DNA of 64,000 nt from Lama guanicoe (Eukaryota), in NCBI GenBank assembly GCA_013239625.1, contig MU053487.1, forward strand, positions 2,873,058-2,937,057, in the 5' to 3' direction. The notes below the pieces were generated by a model. That model did no database searches and had not been told where the DNA came from. It saw only the letters and a list, made by a program, of their open reading frames with translations. This document shows, in pieces, positions 39,501 to 51,399 of the stretch. The position numbers were made by a program, and so were the translations under genes. Each line of letters opens with the position of its first letter. Positions within the stretch are counted from its first letter, which is position 1.

Positions 39501-39719
39501 TTTTTTTTTTTTAAAGAAAATGTAGGTCTGGCTGTGTCCATTTACAGGGGAGAGAAGGCACAGTTCCAGAAAGGAAGCATTTGGTGGAAGACACTGGCTG
39601 GAGGGGACCGGGTTCTGGATTACATAGAAACAGATGTTTGGGTTCTCTGTGGGTCTCAAGTGACCATGGGTTGCTTGACCGTGGGTTGGGGTAACAGATC
39701 TCATGTTTTCCTCTTTCAG

Positions 39720-39828
39720 AATCATGTCTCCAACCTCCTTTGTGTACGGCGAGTCTGTGGACGCCTCCAACTTCATTCAGCTGGATGACCTGGAGTGTCA
39801 TTTCCAGCCATTGAACGTCACCCTTCAG
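39720..39828 (+). CDS. ITGA9: Integrin alpha-9 coding exon (probably exon 22), (G)IMSPTSFVYGESVDASNFIQLDDLECHFQPLNVTLQ
   Basis: Acceptor ttttcctctttcag|A, donor CAG|gtaccc; 109 nt, phase 2-0; contained in ORF 39703..39987; N-glycosylation sequon NVT. Confidence 0.96.
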
Positions 39829-40451
39829 GTACCCACCCCAGAGACCCTCTCTGTTACTGGGGGCCAGTGGAAGGGCCCAGGGGATGTGCCTTCTACTGAA
39901 AGGCAACTGAAAGGCCAGGTTCTTTCCAAGAGAAACTCTTCCCAGCCTGGTTGGCTGGAGCAGAGTGTGTGTGTATGTTTTCTGTAAGCATGCACAGAAT
40001 TAATCCCTTTGCTGTCTGGTACCCTGCCCTGTTGACCCCTCTGCTTTTCAACATTTGGAGGGAAAGCTGCATAATGAACACCAGCCTTCCCTAAGCAGGC
40101 CTCTGGATGTTGAGGCCCAGGACAACATACCCGTCCAAATGGCCCTAAAAGACCCCACTCAGTTCTCCATCCTTCTTCATGTTGTGGGCCAGGCAGCATG
40201 GAGGATCTGCTCCATCCCCTTCTTCCTGGGCGTCTCCACACTGACTCATCCAGGAGCCCCCTCCTCCCACAGAGGGACAGCCTTTCAAAAGTGAGGTTTT
40301 ACAGGAGCAAAGCACTGTGAGCTGTGGAAACTCCCCCTAGGGGAAACGTGCCGCTCCCCCGCCCCACAGAGCAGGGCTGGCTCTCCCTGCCACATGAGCA
40401 TCGTGTCCAGCAGATCCACTTGGTGGGTGTGGACACCGTCCTTCTCTAAGC

Positions 40452-40761
40452 CAGGGGTGGGCAAACTTTTTCTGATAAGGGCCGGGGTGGGGGATAAATA
40501 TTTAGGCTTTTTGGGCCATACCGCCTCTGCAGCAACTATTCAACTCTGCTTCTGTCGCGCAGAAGTAGCTGTCGGCCACGCACCAGTGATGCTGTAGCTG
40601 TGGACACTGGCATTTGAATTTCATGGCACTTTCACATGTTGTGAAATGTTACCTTCTTTTCATTTTTTTCTCCCAACCATTTAAAAATGTAAATCATCTC
40701 AGGTAGTACGAAGCTAGGTGGCAGGTCAGATGTGGCCTCCAGGCCAGTTTGCTGAGCCCTG
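40452..40761. mobile_element. MER58B-like hAT-Charlie MITE
   Basis: Inverted termini caggggtgggcaaact / agtttgctgagccctg; 8-bp TSD-like ctctaagc / ctctgagt. Confidence 0.85.
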
Positions 40762-41740
40762 CTCTGAGTACCCACCCTCAGGCCAGCTATTCAGCAGGGG
40801 GGTGTTTGAACATAAAGTAAGAGGGACGCAGCATCACCCAGGCCTTCTCTTCAGTTGACAAACGCAGGGAAATGTAGGCCCAAGAAGGAGAGGACGTGCT
40901 GTGGGGCTCAGAGCAGGGAACGGTGGGGCTGGGGCCAGGGCTGGTCGCCCCTGTGTGGCCCAGCACCTGCCAGGAGCCATGGATAAAGTGCAGAAGGAGA
41001 GGATGCACTGTAGTCTACATCTCATGTCTCTCCAGCTCTAGCCCAGAGCCCTGCCTGGCCTCCACTCCATCCTTCCCCACGGAGAAGGAGGTTTCCCGGT
41101 CTGGCATCCACTGCTATGGCCAAATAATTACTATTTTCTTGCCCTGTGGCCACTCCTAGGTGGACCAAAGGGATAACAAATAATGACAGGGCAAAGGTCC
41201 AGAGAAGGAGGCAGTGAAATATTTGTGGTCTCTCCCAAACAATGGTCTTTCTCTCTCCGAAGCATTCTCCTGGGCAATAGACCTCCAGAGCCATGATGGA
41301 TAACATGTGGCCCCAGCTCAGAGAGGAGGTCCCTCCCGGCCAGCTAAGCCCCAGCTGTCACACCCTACGCTTGATTTACAGAGGAAAAGGGACAGATGGG
41401 GTCAGCCTTGCTTTTGAGACCTTACAGTGATTGCTGTGAATAGGACCTCCATGTTCCCGAATTGCCTCTCAGAATTTGTTTCTTTCTCTCCATTGCTTTT
41501 TGTGATTGAATAGAAAGCAGATAAAGGCTAGAGAGAATTATTTCATTTAGCTAAATCACTTTAATTATAATTGCTTACCTACTCTTATAGTTTTTGAAGT
41601 GTCTTACAATAAAAGATACAGTCAAGAAAATTATTTAATGGCACACACACCATGTAATGATGAGGTTATCAGTGTTGAAAGGAGGAGGCAAAAGGGAATA
41701 ACAGTTATATAGAAGATATCAAAATTTTATTTTCTCCCTC

Positions 41741-41783
41741 AGAAAGAAAGAAAGAAAGGAAGGAAGGAAGAAAAGAAAAGAAA
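41741..41783. repeat. (GAAA)n/(GGAA)n purine microsatellite
   Basis: Read directly. Confidence 0.85.
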
Positions 41784-43369
41784 TTACAGAGAAATTAAAG
41801 TTTCATATTCAGGCAAAGAGCTTTCTTCACACCTGACCTGATGTAGGAGACAAGCTAAAGAATCAGGGCCCCAGGAGGGAGTGAGTGGCATGACCCTTAC
41901 ATGCTCCTCTTGATTATCCGTTGCCTGAGGAAGTACATAGCATTCCGTTCAGGATTAAGAAAGTTGGCTGAGTCTGAAAGATGGATAGTGTATGTCATTG
42001 ATTAGAAGGAAATCCTTTTGTGTTAGCATAGCTGACAGTTTCCTGGAGCAATCCCTGACAACTCATTTTCTGGTATAATTGTCATTATTCTGACCAGCCC
42101 TTGGGAAAGCCACTGACCAGGTGGATGTGAGAGTGACCCAAAAAGGTGAAGATAGTGGGGAAGGATGGGGTCAGGAATATGGATAAAATTATTCTAGATT
42201 TCCTTATTCTGGCAACATCCCTCCTGAAGAAAAGCACAAGACTTTTCCATATAAAGAGATTCTTCTGTGTCTTTTCAAAGCTAATAGTCAACCAGCTATG
42301 TCATTGTTTAAAGATTCCACCGCGAATGCAGATGGGAGAAAGGCAGAGATGCTAGTCTCGGACCTGGTTTCTAAGTTTCACTAGAATTTTCTTAACGGAG
42401 ACATAATAATTTGTTGACCATTGATAGTTGGGCTTTTTTTTTTTGCATCAAATCAGTCATTTCCCTCATCTGAAAAATGATGAAAAATAATGCAGATGTT
42501 ACATAAGAACATTTGCAGAGAGTCAAACCTTAAGACATCTGTTAACAATAAACAAATACGATAATCCAAGCTCTCCCATCGGTCAGGCTCTGATGGCTGA
42601 CATAAAGCAAGACAAAATCCTCTTCTTTTCTTCCCCTGACTCATGCTTTAATTGGGATTTCCCAGACAGGTCAGTAGGTTTCTTTTCAATTCTTTGCTCT
42701 TTCGTTTCACTTCATGTTAGCTATTTCAGTTGTAATTGGATATGCCTTCCTTTTCTTGTGCCTTCGGGTTCTTGGTTTTGGCGAATTTTGTTGTTTTTGA
42801 ATCAGGAGTTGCCAACAGCGGCCCATCCACTCTGTCATTTTTGTGTGTGTCTGTTCCTCTGAGGCAGAGCCCACTATTGCGACAAAGGAAGACACGGTTT
42901 CCTAAAGGAGAGCTGCCTGGAGCTAGATCCTTACACGTTCTGTCAGGTGTGAAGACCTGGTTATACGTCCAGCCATCGCCTGGCTCTGCCCTTCTGACCT
43001 CAGCTTCAGAGATGTCATGAATGCCTGAATGCTCTCTCTTCCCAGGCCACAGAGCAGAGTTTGATTTCTTCCTCTCTTTTGCTCCTACCCATCCTTTTTA
43101 AAAAAAAAAAACAACTTTATTTTATTGAAATGCCATTTACATACCTTAAAGTTTGCCTGTGCGACCATTGCCATAATCTAATTTTAAAACATTTCATCCC
43201 CCCAAAAAGAAATTCCATACCATTAGCAGTCACTCCCTATTACTAGTCCCTTACTGCCCCTCTAACAAATTACCACATACTTAGTGCCTTAAAACAACAC
43301 ATGGTTATTATCTTACAGTTCTGGAGGACAGAGTCTGAAAGGGTTTCACTGGGCTAAAATCAAGGTGTC

Positions 43370-43527
43370 GTCAGGGAGGGGATAGCTCAGTGGGAGAGCA
43401 TGTGCTTAGCATGCACAAGGTCCTGGGTTCAATCCCCAGTACCTCCATTAAAAAAAAAACAGTAAATGAATAAATAAAACTAATTATCCCCTCATCCCCC
43501 CAGAAAACCCAACTTAAAAAAATAAAA
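43370..43527 (+). mobile_element. tRNA-Ala-derived SINE (Vic-1-like) inside the MLT1 LTR
   Basis: Perfect 15-bp TSD taaaatcaaggtgtc (43355-43369 / 43528-43542). Confidence 0.93.
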
Positions 43528-43774
43528 TAAAATCAAGGTGTCAGCAGGGCTCCCTCCCTTTCTGTAGGCTCCACGGAAGACTGTTTTCTAACCTTGTCCA
43601 GTGTTTAGAGGCTGCCACGTTCTTTGGCTCATGGTCCCTCTTTGTATTCAAAGCCAACAATGGCTGATTGGATCTTTCTCATAATACATCTCCCTGATCT
43701 GATTCTGTCTCCCTCTTCCCGATAAAAGGACGCATGTCATCACATTGCACCTACCTGGATAATCCAAGATAGTC

Positions 43775-43882
43775 TTTTTTTTTAATTGATTGATTGATTG
43801 ATTGATATGGAGGTACTGGGGACTGAACCCAGGACCTTGCGTACACTAAATACATGCTCTACCATTGAGCTATACCCTCCTC
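43775..43882 (-). mobile_element. tRNA-Ala-derived SINE (Vic-1-like), antisense, inside the MLT1 LTR
   Basis: Poly(T)-(ATTG)n, then ggaggtactggggactgaacccaggacc...gagctataccctcc. Confidence 0.92.
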
Positions 43883-44442
43883 TGCAATCTCTTTAAAGTC
43901 AGCTGATTAGTGGCCTTAATACCCTCTTGTAACACAACTAATGTAACATAACACATTCACAGGTTGCACAGATTAGGACGTGGACACCTATAGGAAGTCA
44001 TTCTTCTGACTGTCACACTTCTATTGTCCCTGGACAACCACTACTGTGCTTTCTGCCTCTACATGTCTTTTTTATTCCCCTTTATCTCCCATTTCTTCCT
44101 TGAGTTTCATGTTCAGCCTTTGCACCATGTCCTTTCCCTTACGATCTTTCTGTGGCCGCCATCTTTTCTCTCAGTTCTCGGGAGACAGAACACGGAGGGC
44201 TGCGGGGAGGGTGAGAGGGGTCAAGTTTTACAGCACCAAATGCTGGGACAGCAAAGAGGCGCACAGACGCCATCCAACAATATTAGTGAGTGATTAGCTA
44301 TAAGAAGAAGAAACCAAGTCCCCTGGATAGTGCAGTAAAAACAGCCCTTTCTGTAAGTTAGATTGTTTGGTATGGGGACAGCCCACTTTGTCTTTGAGTT
44401 TCAGTAACCTCAGACTGTAAAAGGAAAGAGTTTAGACCAGAT

Positions 44443-44649
44443 TGGTGGTCCTCAAAGCATGTTTCCTGGGCCAGCAACATCAGCATCTCCTGGGAATTTA
44501 TTAGAAATGCACACCCTTCAATCCCCACTCACCCTACCCCTCAGCCAGACTTATTACTCCAGAAACCCTGGGCATGACCTTGTCCCGCTCTATGTTTTAT
44601 CAAGCCTGTCCGGCTGTTCTGATACATGCTAAAGTTTGAGAACTACTGA
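44443..44649. mobile_element. MER5A MITE
   Basis: tggtcctcaaag...ccagcaacatcagcatctcctgggaatttattagaaatgca...aaagtttgagaactactg. Confidence 0.85.
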
Positions 44650-44819
44650 CCTAGATGATTTCTGAATCCCCACCAAGTGTAATAGTCTATGAGTAAATTT
44701 CCAGATGTGTATAAAAAAATATAACTTTTAGCTGTCAGAAGACAAAACAATGCTAAAGTGGAATAAGGTAATTCGAAAGTTTAGGGGGTTTAAATGAGTG
44801 TTAGAAGGATTTCTAAAAA

Positions 44820-44975
44820 GTTGTGCTCTACACTGGAATTGACAGAACATTGTAAAATGACTATAACTCAATAAAAATTGTTTAAAAAAGAAAGGAAGAA
44901 GAGAGAGAAGGAAAGAAGGAAAGAAAGAAAAAGAAGAAAAGAAAGGAGAGGAGAGAAGAGGAAAGGAAGGGGAGA
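44820..44975 (+). mobile_element. Short L1 terminal fragment followed by a 92-nt pure-purine tract (44884-44975)
   Basis: tgtgctctacactggaattgacagaacattgtaaaatgactataactcaataaaaa, then A/G only. Confidence 0.85.
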
Positions 44976-45158
44976 TTGATTCATTGAAATCTGTCATCAT
45001 TTAGTATTTCACTTCACTTCAGGTCGTGACCTTCTAGATCCCAAAGATTCTAGAGTGTCTGTGTATCGCTTCAAAGAATTTCAGAGTATATATTGCATGA
45101 TGTGAAATGAAGATCTCTATTTCTATTAAAGTTTACTCTGTGTGTCTCACACCCGCAG

Positions 45159-45266
45159 GTCTATAACACTGGGCCAAGCACCCTCCCTGGGTCGTCTGTC
45201 AGCATCTCTTTCCCCAATCGCCTGTCACCTGGAGGTGCAGAGATGTTTCATGTCCAGGAGATGGTG
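45159..45266 (+). CDS. ITGA9: Integrin alpha-9 coding exon (probably exon 23), VYNTGPSTLPGSSVSISFPNRLSPGGAEMFHVQEMV
   Basis: Acceptor ctcacacccgcag|GTC, donor GTG|gtaagt; 108 nt, phase 0-0; integrin-alpha calf-2 N-x-GPS motif. Confidence 0.96.
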
Positions 45267-45719
45267 GTAAGTTCTCTTTTGTTTTCACACTTGCTTTCGG
45301 GCTCGAGCCAGGCCATTCACGAATTGTATTCCACCCAAGAGCCCAGAAAGGTTAACTCATTTTAACTTTTAGAAACATATCAGGGGAAGCCAGGAGACCT
45401 GCAACACCTGAAGTTCTATATTAAGACAATTTGGTTGATGCCATGAGAAGACCTCTTTGGGGGTGGGCAAGGGTGGGTTATGAACCTGACTTCTGGGAGA
45501 GGCTTTGCTGGCTCTGGGAACCGCCAGCAGTGGTCTACAGTCTTGCGTGTACCCAAATGTGTTTTTCTAAGGAGAAGATTCACAGCACTCAGGAAGATTC
45601 TCCTCGGGCCCCTGATGCCTGGAGGGTTCACAAGACATATGTGTAGGTTGAAACTCATGTTTAGATGCAGATTATGCAATTTTCCTTGATCCTAAGTGAA
45701 CTGTAGATGATCTTGTCTC

Positions 45720-46890
45720 AAGAACGGTCATTCCTGCCCCTCTCCTTGGCTTCTAGGACTTCATATTCCGGTGGTTTCTCCTTTCTCACTGGCTTCCTTC
45801 TCATTGCCCCAACTTCTACAAGGCCCAGGATCTCTTTTATCCTACCCTCCATCTCAGGGATCTCACTCAAGACTCATGGCTTTATATTCAGTCTGTGCTG
45901 AGACAGCAGCTGTTTCTTTCCAGCCTATGTCTCTCTCCCACGAATTCCAGACTTTAACAATTACCTTCACGTCATCTCTGCCTGAGTGCCTAACAGGACT
46001 CTCAGTCTTACCCCAAACTGACTCTCAGTGGCACCCTGCACGCCTGCTTCCCCTCACAACCTCTGCATCTCAGCAAACGGCTACTCAGTCCTTCCAGTTA
46101 CTTGGGTGATCCTTGCTGCCCTTTTCCCACACTTCACATCCGATCCTTCAGCAAACCTGATGTCTTTACCTCCCCAGCAAATCAGAATGTTCCTGCTTTT
46201 CACCCCTCTACCGCCTGCACCTCGGTCCAAGGCACCATTGTCTGTTGTCTGAGTGATTGCAAGAGCCCCCTCGCCCGGGTCCCTGCTCCTGCCCTGACCA
46301 CCCTGCCTGTAGTCTGTTCTTGCCCCAACAGCAGAGCCAGCCTTCCAAATGTGAGTTGGGTCTTGTCACTCCTCTGCTCTAAACCTGCTTCCACACCCCC
46401 CAGATTCTTCCAGCACCTCAGCCAGCCTCACAGCCTGTTCCTGCCCCTTACTGACCTTTCTTCCTCCTCTTCGCCACTCTCTCTGCTTCAGTCACGCTGC
46501 CTTCTTGCTGGTCCTAGAGCACAGCAGACACCTACCCACCTCCCCAGTTTTGCACTGGATCATCCCTCGACCCAGTACACCCTTCCCCGGAAAGCCAAGT
46601 CACCTCCTCCCTCATCTCCTTCAGGTGCTTTCTCAAATGTCACCTCCTTAGTGAAGCCCTCCCTGACCAGCCTCTGTCCCAGCACTACCCACCCCCTTCC
46701 CTACTCAGATTTCATCACTGCCGTCATCCCCAGCTGACACACCGTGTATTTGCCTACTTTACCTGTTTATCTGCCTCCTCCTGGCCCCCTACAAGGTAAG
46801 GACAGTCATTTCTGTCTGCTCAGTGCTGTGTCTCCAGGGCCTAGAGCAATGCTTGGTGTGTAATGTATGCTCAATAAATATTTGCTATTT
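45720..46890 (+). mobile_element. L2 LINE 3' region
   Basis: Pyrimidine-rich L2 motifs (ctcaaatgtcacctccttagtgaagccctccctgacca) ending atgctcaataaatatttgct. Confidence 0.85.
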
Positions 46891-49800
46891 GTAGACTGAA
46901 AGAAAAAAAACCCACAGTATAAAACAGAGTGTTTACTCTTTCCATGTGCATTCAGGAAAAGTTTCACACTGATAAAAATCACTGCAGTGTGCCCGAGAGT
47001 CTGGGGTGGCTGGGTGAGAGGGGGACCCCTCCTGGGAAGGACAGGTGTGTGAAGCTCAGGAAAGTCACTGCACAGGGAGAGGGCATGTGGACCCCCACGC
47101 TGAGGGGATCATGGAGTCGTCGTTCTTACATGGGTAGGTGAGGGACAGCTAGCCAGACAAAGGGACAGTCTCTCCATGGATAGCTTGAAAATCGTGGCAT
47201 CAAGGCCCATGCATGTGGCACATCTGAGCCCACAGTTAATGAGGATAAGAATCACAGGAAGCTGATGATGGTTTCTGGCCTTGCTGTCCTCTTGGGCCAC
47301 TTGGGCTAAAATCCTGGACCGTGAGAAATGTTGACCATGGAGCAGGTGTCCCTCCTGAGTTCCTGCTCAGCCGTCCCCATCCCTCACCATATTCCACTCC
47401 TGCTCCGCGAAGTGCCTGTGCCTGGGAGTCCAGCTGAAACCGCAGAAGAGAAGCCCACAGTGTTTGGTGCCATACCGTGGTTTGAACTGTGCCTGAGGTT
47501 CCCAACTCACACGTGCTCCGTCTGCCCCCTTAAAGAGTGCCCGTCACACCAGCCACTCCACCTCTCCCCTTCGTCTGTGAAGGCTCTCCTCCTGCAGCCC
47601 GTGCTGTGGGCCAGTCACATAAACATCTATCTTGTTGCAGAGAGAAATTTTCCACTGCGGACAAAATTACGTATTGACCAAAACAGGAAATGTAAGTCAC
47701 TCAGATTCTGAAAGTATGTCAGCACTGAGTTTACCCCTCTTTCTCCTTACTAATCATCGGACCAAGGAAGAGCCACTGGAGGGGACTTTGGCACACGTTT
47801 ATAAATAGCTAGCTTGCCGGGAAGGCGCGAGAAGTGGTTTTTCTGAAGATTTGCAAAACTGTTTGTCTAGCTGAGTGGACTCTCAGAAACCCAAGTGCTG
47901 TGAGCTGGCTGCATTCCGTTCTCTGAGTTCTTAGAAGCAGACCCTTTGGCTTTGCAAAGGGCTACTGAGAATTTTCAAAAGCATGTCCCAGAACTCTCAA
48001 GAATGGCCAGGCCTCTGATTGGATACACCAGCCCATGTTCAGAGGCCTGTGGTGTTTGCAGGACATGGAAAATCAAGCTCACTGGCAAATGTCACTAAGC
48101 AAATAGCGAAGCATTGTGTTCTTATGGGACAATTATCCCCAGAGATCAGAGTGATGATGAGACTAGAAACATCAAAGCCAATGCTTGGTGGATGCAGTGA
48201 TGGTGAGAGTCCCAGGTACTGTTTCAGAGGCCAGTGGACAATACACCCTCTGCCAAAAAGCCCACCGGGCAGAGAGCAAGGGCGCCCTGCAGCTCAGCCA
48301 GGTTCCCAGCCTCGGCCCCTCCCTTGCTCAGCAGAGCCTGAGAGTGCTCAATGGGGCAGGTGCGGCTCATACAGCTCGTGCCGGCCTCCACGCTGGCCCT
48401 CCGGGACTTTGAATAGAGCAGGGCTCTCCTTCTGGGGACTTGGGTAGCTCAGTGCACATCAAACTCAGTCCTGTTAGGAGCAGCCAGTACTCATTCCTTG
48501 TGTTGCACCAGGAGATGCCCCTAAGACCTGGTGGCATTCCCTCCCAACACCCACCCTCTGCCACCACCATTCCCAGCCTTGGACGGGCCCCTGGGCAGCC
48601 AGGAGCCAGTTACCTGTTCAGCCAACTGAAGCCCAAGGGCAGAGAGCAGGCATTGAGGGGCGGCGTATCTGCCATCCCTCCCCACCCACCTTGGGACTCT
48701 CAGACTGTTTCCCTCCGTTCAGCAGTGCCCTTGGTATCCATCGTGCCTGCGGCCATTGTCCATACAGACTGCTGAGAGTGGGCATGCTGGCCCTGTGGTC
48801 CCAGCCATCACCCCACCCACCGCCCTGACTCAGGGACACAGTTTTCCAACTGTTGGTTCCGGATTCATTCAGAAGTGTCTGAGGCTGCAGCCGGGGCCCC
48901 TGAGTGGGACAGACCTGCCTCTTGGTTTCACCAGAGAGTCTTTTATATTCTCCCAAAGGATTTCTTAAGGTCCAGCTGCCTGTGAGTGGAGAGTGCCTTT
49001 GCTTACATGGGAAAGATTTTTCTAGGGCCCAGTGAAGTGGGATCACTCCATACACCCACCCAGCCGAGGTTCGTGATCTCTCCTTAGGGCGAGTATCCTG
49101 AGCGCCACGCCCCTGCTCATCTGTTAATGCAGAAGCAGAGCCACAGCGGAGCCCTGAGGAAAGGCTGTTGGTCTCCACTTCTGCCCACCTGTCAGGGTTG
49201 TGCCGAGTCTCCTGGGGAACCCCTGACTTCGCACAGCACAGCCAGAGCTTGGGCCGGCCCCTGTGAGCCTGGTGACCATAGGAAGCCAAGTTGGAATGAC
49301 CGTGAAAATGATAGAGTGACAGAGGGGAAGAGTGACAGCATTCTCCAGCCCATCTGAAATAAAATCATCACAAGTAATAGATGGTTCTTGATATATTCTG
49401 CAAACAAGGGTGGAGAAAGCACCTATGACATGCCAGTCTCTGAAAAGAGGAATGAATCATGCAACACCACCGGAAATGCGGTCTCGCCAGAGACAGACAC
49501 GTGAAACGTAATTGCAGCACCGAGTAGCAAATGCAGGGACGGAGGCACGCCCAGACCCAGGACGGTACAGCGGTTCAGAGCCCACCCTGGGGACGGGACT
49601 GCAAATGCTTCACAAAGCAGGCTCTTCACGTCAGGGTGTAGGGGATGTGTAGGTGTTCGCCAGGAGAGCAGGTGGTGAGGACATTCTGGACGGGGGTTGG
49701 GCCCTGTGTGTAAGAGGACAGCGGAGGCAGACCTGGTTCTCCACTCTGCCCAGCTCCTATACGTCCAGGCTGAGGTAACTTCTCTGCACTTCCCGCAGAG

Positions 49801-50814
49801 CGGACAGCAGACAGAAATCGGCAGTGTGTCTGGGCGTACTGAACCTCCGTCACTCCCCATGGCACTTGGCGAGGTTCTGGTGCATCCTCTGTGTGTGCCT
49901 GTGGACCTGTGCCATCGTTTCTCTAACTTAGGAATGGGGAAGGCCAGGCGCCCCGCCGCCCGAGGCTGTCTAACCGCACGTCATGGACATTGCTGGCAGA
50001 TGTTCGGGCTGCTGCAGGGGGCGGTGGCTTCTGCGGGCCAGACCACCCATGTGAGGCACGTCATTGGCATTTGCTCCTGAGAGGAGGTTCCTGTTGGGAT
50101 TGAGAATGTAGCTTCTCTCACACAGCTGCATGGGAACTGGCCTGGAAAATGTAACGACTTCACTTTGCTGTGGTCCTGCTGCGGGGATGAGCCTTTTAGC
50201 AGAGCCCCTGAGTGCAGGCCTCAGAGAGGGCCAGTGCAGCACATGTCACAAGCTTGATGGCTCACGAAGGCCAGACCATTGGAACTTGAGCAGGGTTGGG
50301 GGGTTCCTGCTCCAAAGTTCAGTTTACCCCAGAGGTGAAGATTCAAGGGAAAGGATGGGAGGTTGGTCTCAGAACTGAAACTTCAGTTGTTGATGCTGAA
50401 AATGTGTCTGAACAACTTTCTAATGCTGGAGGAGGAGGCTTTGGGGTTTGGTTCTTCATGATATGCAGGAAGAAAAAAGTCATAAATGATGGCTTACAGA
50501 GAGCAGAGGACTGGAACTTTATTCCGGGTGAAAGTCCTAGGTCTTTTCAAAGAGCTCTAATATTAATCTCAAAGAAACATGAAATAAATGCTCTGCCATT
50601 CCACCTTCCTCCTGCAAACCCATCTGAAAAGGCTTATCTCTCTGGCTTGTTCTGTCCCTGCTATTGGGCAGAGGTTCTAAAGAACTGACATGATTTCCAG
50701 GAAGTAAAATAGCATTGGAATGAGACACAGCAATAACTTTGCCATAGAGCACCATGAAGATATTGATATCAATACAATATCAATACCAATATCCGTTAGA
50801 ATATCCAAGTTGGT

Positions 50815-50967
50815 GGAGGGGGAGGCTATGGTGCATGCCTAGTATTCACAAGGTCCTGGGTTCAGTCCCCAGTACCTCCATTTAAAAAAAAAACTGATTA
50901 CCTCCTCCCTAAAAAAAAGAAGAGACAAGTAAATAATAAATAAATAAATGAAAGTTAAAAAAAAAAA
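50815..50967 (+). mobile_element. tRNA-Ala-derived SINE (Vic-1-like) with A-box region deleted
   Basis: Perfect 17-bp TSD agaatatccaagttggt (50798-50814 / 50968-50984); aggtcctgggttcagtccccagtacctcca. Confidence 0.92.
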
Positions 50968-51399
50968 AGAATATCCAAGTTGGTAGCAAGACTTCTATCT
51001 TAGTAAATTATAACCTTCACTCCACCCACCCCCCACCTGCCAAATGCATCCACACCCGGCAGGGCCACCTATGATCGAATTTTTGCCAGAATGAGTCAGT
51101 TAATATGGAACTTCCATTCATTTGTGATGAGGGTGTTCATATCCCTATGAAGAAAAGAGGCATCTGATGTATTAGTGACTACACAGAAGCTTAAACTTAG
51201 AAATTAAAGACTAATTGTTTTCCTCAAAGATGATACAGGGAAGCTTCTTCATGAAAGTGGTGTTGGGACCATCAGCTGGATCATGTTTAATCAAAGGGAA
51301 AAGAGAGAAAAAAATTTCCCCTGAATAACTGACAAAAACTGAATACCATTTACTGGTGTCCTGAGTCTTTAATATCCCTTCCCATGTGCTGGCAGCTCC

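Larger units (their letters stand above)
43240..44015. mobile_element. MLT1B/C-like MaLR LTR nested in an antisense L1 3' fragment (about 43110-43240 and 44015-44065)
   Basis: taacaaattaccacatacttagtgccttaaaacaacac...tcttacagttctggagg...gattaggacgtggacac; L1 motifs acatttcatccccccaaaaagaaattcc before and ccctggacaaccactactgtgctttctg after. Confidence 0.85.

Noticed and set aside
46102..46737. 211-aa Pro/Ser-rich ORF
   Set aside because: Lies inside pyrimidine-rich L2 sequence; composition artefact with a non-ATG start
48618..49289. 223-aa minus-strand ORF, the longest in the window
   Set aside because: GC-rich intron, non-ATG start and no recognisable domain; a protein search or PhyloCSF signal would be needed to rescue it
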